This document shows, one piece after another, positions 58,331 to 64,000 of a DNA stretch of 64,000 bases (positions are counted from its first letter, which is position 1; each line of letters opens with the position of its first letter). The notes under the pieces are model-generated. The model saw only the letters and a program-made list of their open reading frames with translations. It was not told the DNA's origin and made no database searches. A program made the position numbers and the translations under genes. The DNA is from Penicillus capitatus. Lineage: Eukaryota > Plantae > Chlorophyta. Location of the stretch: the NCBI GenBank assembly GCA_965649825.1, contig OZ287708.1:453411-517410 (forward strand), read 5' to 3'.

Positions 58331-59397
58331 ATGGCGATTTCGTTAACAGGATGCTTGTCTTCGGCCCGCAGATCCAGTCATTTCGCTCCATCGAGATGGA
58401 GGCATCGGCATCGATTCCTTCACTTGAAGCGGCGAGATGTTGCTGCCAGATATGAGAATTTTCGATTTTCACTCAACTGCCTTGCTGAAGTGGAGACTTC
58501 AACCGTTGCGTGATCATCGTTCGTTCTTTGCTTAATGATCATTTTGACACAGGAGAGTGATCTGTGTGACGGAGAGAAGAAGCAAGAACTGTTGTGGAGA
58601 AGTGTGCCGAAATGCTTGATGACGATTGGTCGACAGGGAGTCCGAGAAAGTCACTGCCATTCCCTCCAAGACTTGCTCTCCGTTCATGCACTCGTCAAAG
58701 TCAAGGTCCTCGCCACGTCACACACCGAGACCTGCATCAACACTCTCTTACGCGAAACGAACGCCATTCATCTACAGAGCAAAGGAGACACTCTGCTCTT
58801 CGCCTCCAGTAAACGCATACATAATGTACATGGGGTTCCTGGACAAGGGATTGGACAGATTCGGTAGATCCCGTCGAAATAGAACGAAGGGCTTCAGAAG
58901 CCATCGGTCAACAGGAGCAGAGAAGAGAGCGTCGCCAGCAAAGGCAAAGGGATAAGAGAATCCCACCATCTGGCAGATCTCTAGACCATCCCTCCACGAC
59001 CAGACCTGTATGCCCTCTATAGGTGTTTTGTTGCCAAAAAGCGTAAAACGCGTCCTTCAATCGATGGAAGATGCCAACATGATCTGCAGCATTACCTTTG
59101 ACACACCATCCAAACAGTAGGCGACTCTCTAATGCGTGTGATTTACAGTTCCTCTGGTACATCTCTTGTTCTGTGTAGATTACTGAGTCAATTGCCGGAG
59201 AATGCTCAACTCGAGATTCTCAATTCCATCAGCAAGAAAAAGCTATTCTGCATCCGAAACAAGTCCAAGCCCTGCATTCGATGCCGATCAGGAGAGCGTG
59301 AGATCTGTCTGTGTGTGTTGACAGATCTGCGTGGTTAACTTCCAAGATCAAGGTCTACCAGAGATCCATGACGGCACAAGACATCCCATTCTCTTAA
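58331..59397 (+). CDS. Organelle-targeted CRM (YhbY) RNA-binding protein with a C-terminal hnRNP-Q acidic/NURR-like domain, 5 introns
   Basis: Presequence MAISLTGCLSSARRSS...; CRM LMTIGRQGVRESHCHSLQDLLSVHALVKVK; C-terminal LLPKSV...IRNKSAWLTSKIKVYQR after introns 59117-59178 and 59263-59324. Confidence 0.75.
58973..59022 (+). other. GC-AG intron (50 nt) in the CRM gene
   Basis: TCT G|gcagat...ctatag|GT GTT TTG is the only intron of normal size that links the CRM frame to the C-terminal domain frame. Confidence 0.65.
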
Positions 59398-59500
59398 CAG
59401 TAAACGCTGTTAAATCTCGTCATGTTGACTTTCAACAATCATCTTAGAATGGCTTATGTGCGCTTAATGGCAACAAAGAGTCAATGAACACACGAATGCT

Positions 59501-60127
59501 TCACTTGGCCATCATCATTTTCACGAATTCCTCATAGTTCACTTGGCCATCGCCGTCATTGTCGGCTTCGCGGATCATCTCATCCACTTCGTCATCTGTT
59601 AGCTTCTCACCGAGATTGGTCATCACATGTCGCAACTGTGGTGCACATGACATGTGTCTAGGCGGATCTTTGGGAGGTAGGTAAGGTTGCACACCTCAGC
59701 GGCAGAGATGAATCCGTTGCCGTCCTTGTCAAAGACCTTAAACGCTTCTCGGAGTTCTTCTTCGTTATCACAGTCCTGGTGGTGATGGCGGCGCCTTATG
59801 TGTTGGTACGTTCGATGCCTTTACCTTCATCTTCTTCGCCATCAGACTCAAGAATTCGGGAAAGTCGATAATGCCGTTGCCGTCCGAGTCGACTTCCTGA
59901 ATCATCTCTTGCAATTCGGCTTCCGTTGGGTTCTGGCCCAGAGAACGCATAACGGTCCCCAGTTCTTTGGTCGTAATCGTACCTACCGAACACACGCACG
60001 CCGTTTTGACGCGCCTTGTTCGACGAACTGTCAAAGACCCACCGTCGCCATCTTTATCAAAAAGAGCAAATGCCTCCTTGAACTCGGCGATTTGCTCATC
60101 CGTCAGTTGTTCGGCAGCTCCTGCCAT
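59501..60127 (-). CDS. CAM: Calmodulin, 3 introns
   Basis: [47 protein letters not shown]...[25 protein letters not shown]...KMMMAK*. Confidence 0.97.
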
Positions 60128-60250
60128 TTTGAGCAGCTTCTCTGATGCGTTTTTTAGGTACCCGCGAGATGATAATGGCAATCCAAATGCTACGTTGGCT
60201 CGTGTGCTTTGACGGATTCATTACTGCTTCGTCGTCCTTTCATTTCACAG

Positions 60251-60795
60251 ATGTCGACCGCCAAGGCGAAACCTGTCTTTGTCAAAGTCGAAACGCTGCG
60301 ACCGGCCACCAAAGGACACAATCTCGTCGTAAAAGTGGAGCACCTTGTTGTTGCGAAGCCGGCTGCTCTACGTCATGGGCGAAATAGGTGTTGGACAGTA
60401 AACCAGTGGGTGGAGGAGGTGTGGGAAGAGGCGGCACCTCGCTGCGTATGAGCGAATGTCTTGTGGGCGATGAAACGGGAGTCATCATTTTCACAGCGAG
60501 AAATGATCAAGGTAGTGGCTGGCAGTTTAAGAGTCGATGGGTCTGTAGTGTGACGTGTTTAGTCGATGTGGCACAGCCAGGGAAGTACTTGACGCTGCGA
60601 AATGCCAGAATCGACATGTTTAAAGGATCGATGCGCGTTGCTGTGGATCAATGGGGCAAAATAGAAGAGACAACAGACAAATTCACGCCAAAGGTATCTC
60701 ACACCATGCATCGCACGTGCTTCATGTCTGGATGGCAGACGGACAACAATTTGTCTTTGATTGAGTTTGAGATGGTGCCTGTGCCAGATGCATAG
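60251..60795 (+). CDS. Small OB-fold nucleic-acid-binding protein (At4g28440-like), 3 introns
   Basis: FVKVETLRPATKGHNLVVKV, ECLVGDETGVIIFTARNDQ, LRNARIDMFKGSMRVAVDQWGKI, NNLSLIEFE. Confidence 0.9.
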
Positions 60796-61053
60796 TTTTT
60801 TGAGAGGGAGTGTTGCTTTTTCGTTCTATGATTGCACATGGTATAGCCATGAGGCTTCAACCATTCCTATTCTGTCATGTTTAAGATGGGGGTATGTATG
60901 CTTGCATGTGTGTTTGGACAGCAGATCCAAACGGCAGTGCTTACGCAAGTACTTTGAATGGTTATGTCTATTTACTTTTGCTCGTCTGCTATAAACGTTA
61001 TGATTTGTGAAACTACTCTTTCTGAATTTATAAACAAGGTTGGGAAAAAGGCA

Positions 61054-62463
61054 TTAAACATAAAAAACAAGATCTGAGGAGATGTCTGCAATGGAAGAAC
61101 AACCGCAGTTTGCTAGGCATATTAAGAATTCCTCTTTCAGATCTTCAAGAACCTCCTGAACCTTTTCCTCACCGCCCGCGGCGAGGGCATAAAGAATAGG
61201 TCTCCCTATCAACACAGCTGACGCACCCATAGCCAGTGCCTAAAACAATGTGACACATGCGATCGACCCGTGCCGGATGGCAGAATCACTTTGATCATAT
61301 CGGTGCCACGCTGGATGCCGCCATCGACCAAGATGGGGATCCTCTTGTTCACTGCACGAGCTATTTTTGGCAAAACGTCTACAGGAGTCACCACTGTATC
61401 CAGCTGCCTGCCGCCGTGATTTGAGACAATGATGCCATCGGCGCCGTGTTTTACAGCCAACTCGGCATCTTTTGGCGAGACGATTCCCTGAACAGATGAA
61501 GGTTGGTATGGAATTGTATTCTAGGGTCACGTACCTTAAGAAGGACTTTGACTGGGACGATCTGCTTAATCCACGATATCACATTCCAGTTCAACACTTG
61601 ACTCGATGGGACAATCGGCAAGAGAAGATTTCTCATATCCTGCTCCGATGACAGGGCGTCTTTCCAGTAAGTGGATTTCAACATCCCGACCTTCAGATCT
61701 TCCCAACTAAAGAACATAACACCCACCACTGAACACCTGAAGGCATACATGACATCGATTGCTCACCCTTCCCATGTGTTCTCTTTCTTCATCCCACCAA
61801 ACGGCGAATCGACAGTTAACACGATATGCCGACATCCTAATCGATAGATTTCGCTGAGTATCTTCTTCATACATGCATCATGACTGAGGCACAGTGACCA
61901 CATCCATGTTCAGTCGGTATGTCTAGGATATGAAAATGAAATGCTCACCTGAGTCGATAGAGTTGCTGAAATAGAATCGGTGGCTTAGCACCGGCCGTTT
62001 CGATGTCATTCAGATCTTTCGAGGCAAACATAGAGACACACTACATACATACACAATCTTTGTTTGATGTCTAGGCCGAGAATACAAAACAAGGGGGATT
62101 CCACAACTCTCAGCAGCACGTGCTGTTGCACATTCTCCGTCGGGATGCATCAGTGCATGACTTGCCATCGGGGAAATCAGTAACGGCGCTGCGATCTTAC
62201 GACCTCGCATATCAAGACACTCGTCGAATTTCACACACTCTGGCACGTGGGTACATACCAAACAACGAGCATGAGATGATGGGATCTCTTGTGATATCCG
62301 TCAGAACGCGTGGCACAAGTTTGAGAGTGTTCCAACATTCTCTGTTCTGTTTCAAAGTAATCTCGTCCCCCGTTCCGCTGTCGATGTAGTCGAAGGCTTT
62401 CTTAGAAACGTTACTCTGTGCCTGAAGGCGCAGTTCATCAAATTTTGGCACCAACCCAGTCAT
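61054..62463 (-). CDS. FMN-dependent alpha-hydroxy-acid oxidase (GOX/LOX family), copy 1
   Basis: FDYIDSG, LVPRVL, HPDGECATARAA, QQLY, LTVDSP, VLLK-GI, IIVSNHGGRQLD, DGGIQRGTDMIK-ALAMGA, IGRPILYALA. Confidence 0.9.
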
Positions 62464-63095
62464 GGGGAAAGTCGTGTGAATCAGGCGAGGCTGTGTAACT
62501 CGCCTCTGATTTCGTCGTTAGGAATAATTCTAGTCCCCTCAATCGCTTACAGTGATTGATTTCTTGTTTCCTTTATACCTCGATGAAAGCAATTGCGTCT
62601 GAAGAACAGCTACGTGAACGAAGATCGGAGAAGGACATTTGACATAATGTGAGCGAGACTTCGCCGTTTCCTAGTAGTGTGTCATTTTTTGCTGACACTG
62701 GCGAATCGGTGAACATGGTCGGTGATTGAATGTGAAGTGACGTCACAAGCAGTGAATGGTGCAGAAGATGAACAGAGAGATAACGCTGAAGCAGTGTGTC
62801 ATTGGCGAAAGAAAGAAATCTTACATGATCGAATCAATGCGTTATGTTTAAAGAACATTGCACTGAAATGCCTGTTGAAAAGTTTTTGAGCCATCCATCG
62901 TCAAAAATCACAACCATGCCAAACTAAAGATGAAGAAGTTACATTGAAAATTCTTACACGAGATTCTTTCACACCTGCCGATGTTTCTGTCTACAATAAA
63001 GTACCTGCAAAACGCTTTCCAGGTAAGAGAGTTGAAAAATTGGATTCATTTGATGGCATGACTTTGAGACAAACGAGAAACGCATGTGCGACATT

Positions 63096-64000
63096 TCAAT
63101 GTGGCAGACGTAATATCTCAGGCGTTATGCCATTCATAGAAGAGAGACCACAAAGCAACAGGCTATGAGTGAGTTCATCCTTGATGCCTTCGATGACTTC
63201 CCGGACCTTGTCGACACCGCCCGCAGCGAGGGCATAGAGGATGGGTCTCCCTATCAATACAGCTGATGCTCCCATAGCCAGCGCCTAGAAACGATATCGC
63301 ACGTACTGTCCAAGGCAGATCGCAGAATCACTTTGATAATATCTGTGCCTCTTTGAATGCCGCCATCGACCAAGATGGGTACCCTTTTGTTTACCACACG
63401 AGCTATTTCTGGCAAGACTGCCACAGGGCTCACAGCTGTATCCAGCTGTCGGCCGCCATGGTTTGAAACGAGGATGCCATCGGCACCGTGCTTTATCGCT
63501 GAATCGGCATCTGCTGGATGAAGAACGCCCTAAACAGTCGAAAGAACGATTGAGTTGTAGAATGCGTATTTACTGATCCTCTTGCTTACTTTGACCACGA
63601 CCTTCACATCAATGACGCTTTTGACCCAAGAGATTGCGCTGAAATCGCTACGCATATCGATTTGCAGGATGGCCGTATCGTTTTGGAGCATCCCTTTCCA
63701 GTACTTCTCTTGTTTGAGGGCAAAAGCGGCATCTTCCCATCGATAGCTACAACGATATCAATCAATACATGTCAAATACGGCATGATTAGGGAACACTTG
63801 TTCTTGGTATTCCTTTCTTGATTTCCATCTGTTGGAGCATCGACTGTGTACAGAAGGACACGGCATCCACATCTGTAGACCTCTTTTAAGTAGTTCTTCA
63901 TCAGCTCATCATGACTGTAGACACAACGGTATTACTGGCCCAGCGCATCACCCCCGGCAAAAAATAGCAGCTTACTTAGTCATGTAGAACTGCTGAAAGA
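63096..64000 (-). CDS. FMN-dependent alpha-hydroxy-acid oxidase, copy 2 (5' part beyond window)
   Basis: YTVDAPTDGNQE, VVVK-GVLHP, VSNHGGRQLD, DGGIQRGTDIIK-ALAMGA, IGRPILYALA; ends LRLPH* (TGA 63096-63098). Confidence 0.9.

Noticed and set aside
21266-60127. Apparent Ca2+-signalling cluster (TRP-like, OSCA, EF-hand WD40, ORAI, calmodulin)
   Set aside because: The genes are spread over 39 kb among unrelated genes; there is no evidence beyond chance without synteny or co-expression data.
1-64000. Prokaryotic features (operons, CRISPR arrays, IS elements, rRNA) and transposons
   Set aside because: The DNA is intron-rich and eukaryotic. I saw no repeat-spacer arrays, terminal repeats, transposase or RT motifs, or rRNA signatures.
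1-64000. Non-standard code (TAA/TAG = Gln, as in some ulvophytes)
   Set aside because: TAA and TAG end conserved proteins at the expected places (IF2 TAA, RAD51 TAG, NF-YC TAG, TM9SF TAG) and conserved exons need no read-through.
1-64000. TGTAA as a universal poly(A) signal for delimiting transcripts
   Set aside because: Present after some stops (14288, 33056) but absent after others (IF2, RAPTOR, calmodulin), so its absence was not used as evidence of polycistronic transcription.

Overview
Eukaryotic nuclear DNA from a very compact green-algal (chlorophyte-like) genome. It uses the standard genetic code and has about 38 protein-coding genes broken by roughly 140 mini-introns, mostly 42-70 nt. 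I found no rRNA, tRNA, CRISPR array or recognisable mobile element. Genes, in order: plastid IF2, RAPTOR, AGTRAP-like, VSR-like, RUS/DUF647, MYG1, BTB protein, RAD51, METTL21-like, coiled-coil, LRR-Ig-TRP-like, NF-YC, saposin-like, BET1, OSCA, unknown, TM9SF, MEI4-like, U2AF35, coiled-coil, EF-hand/WD40, SKA2, CTD phosphatase, PAS2/HACD, PABP, SCYL2, TRM11, CCB1, TrmB, ORAI, lone ALS_ss_C domain, GT4 glycosyltransferase, CRM protein, calmodulin, OB-fold protein, and two tandem FMN alpha-hydroxy-acid oxidases. Best lead: the PAS2/HACD gene carries two tandem 217-nt homologous exons, each containing the catalytic Y-P-x-G-x-x-S-E motif, that can only be spliced one at a time. This predicts two VLCFA dehydratases with different active sites from one gene. 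Other leads: many GC-AG introns with non-consensus donors, a CRM + hnRNP-Q NURR/AcD-like fusion, a stand-alone secreted saposin-like protein, oxidase paralogues lacking the conserved substrate-binding Arg, and genes packed 1-60 nt apart or overlapping. All gene models were spliced by eye and family assignments come from remembered motifs; no searches were run.
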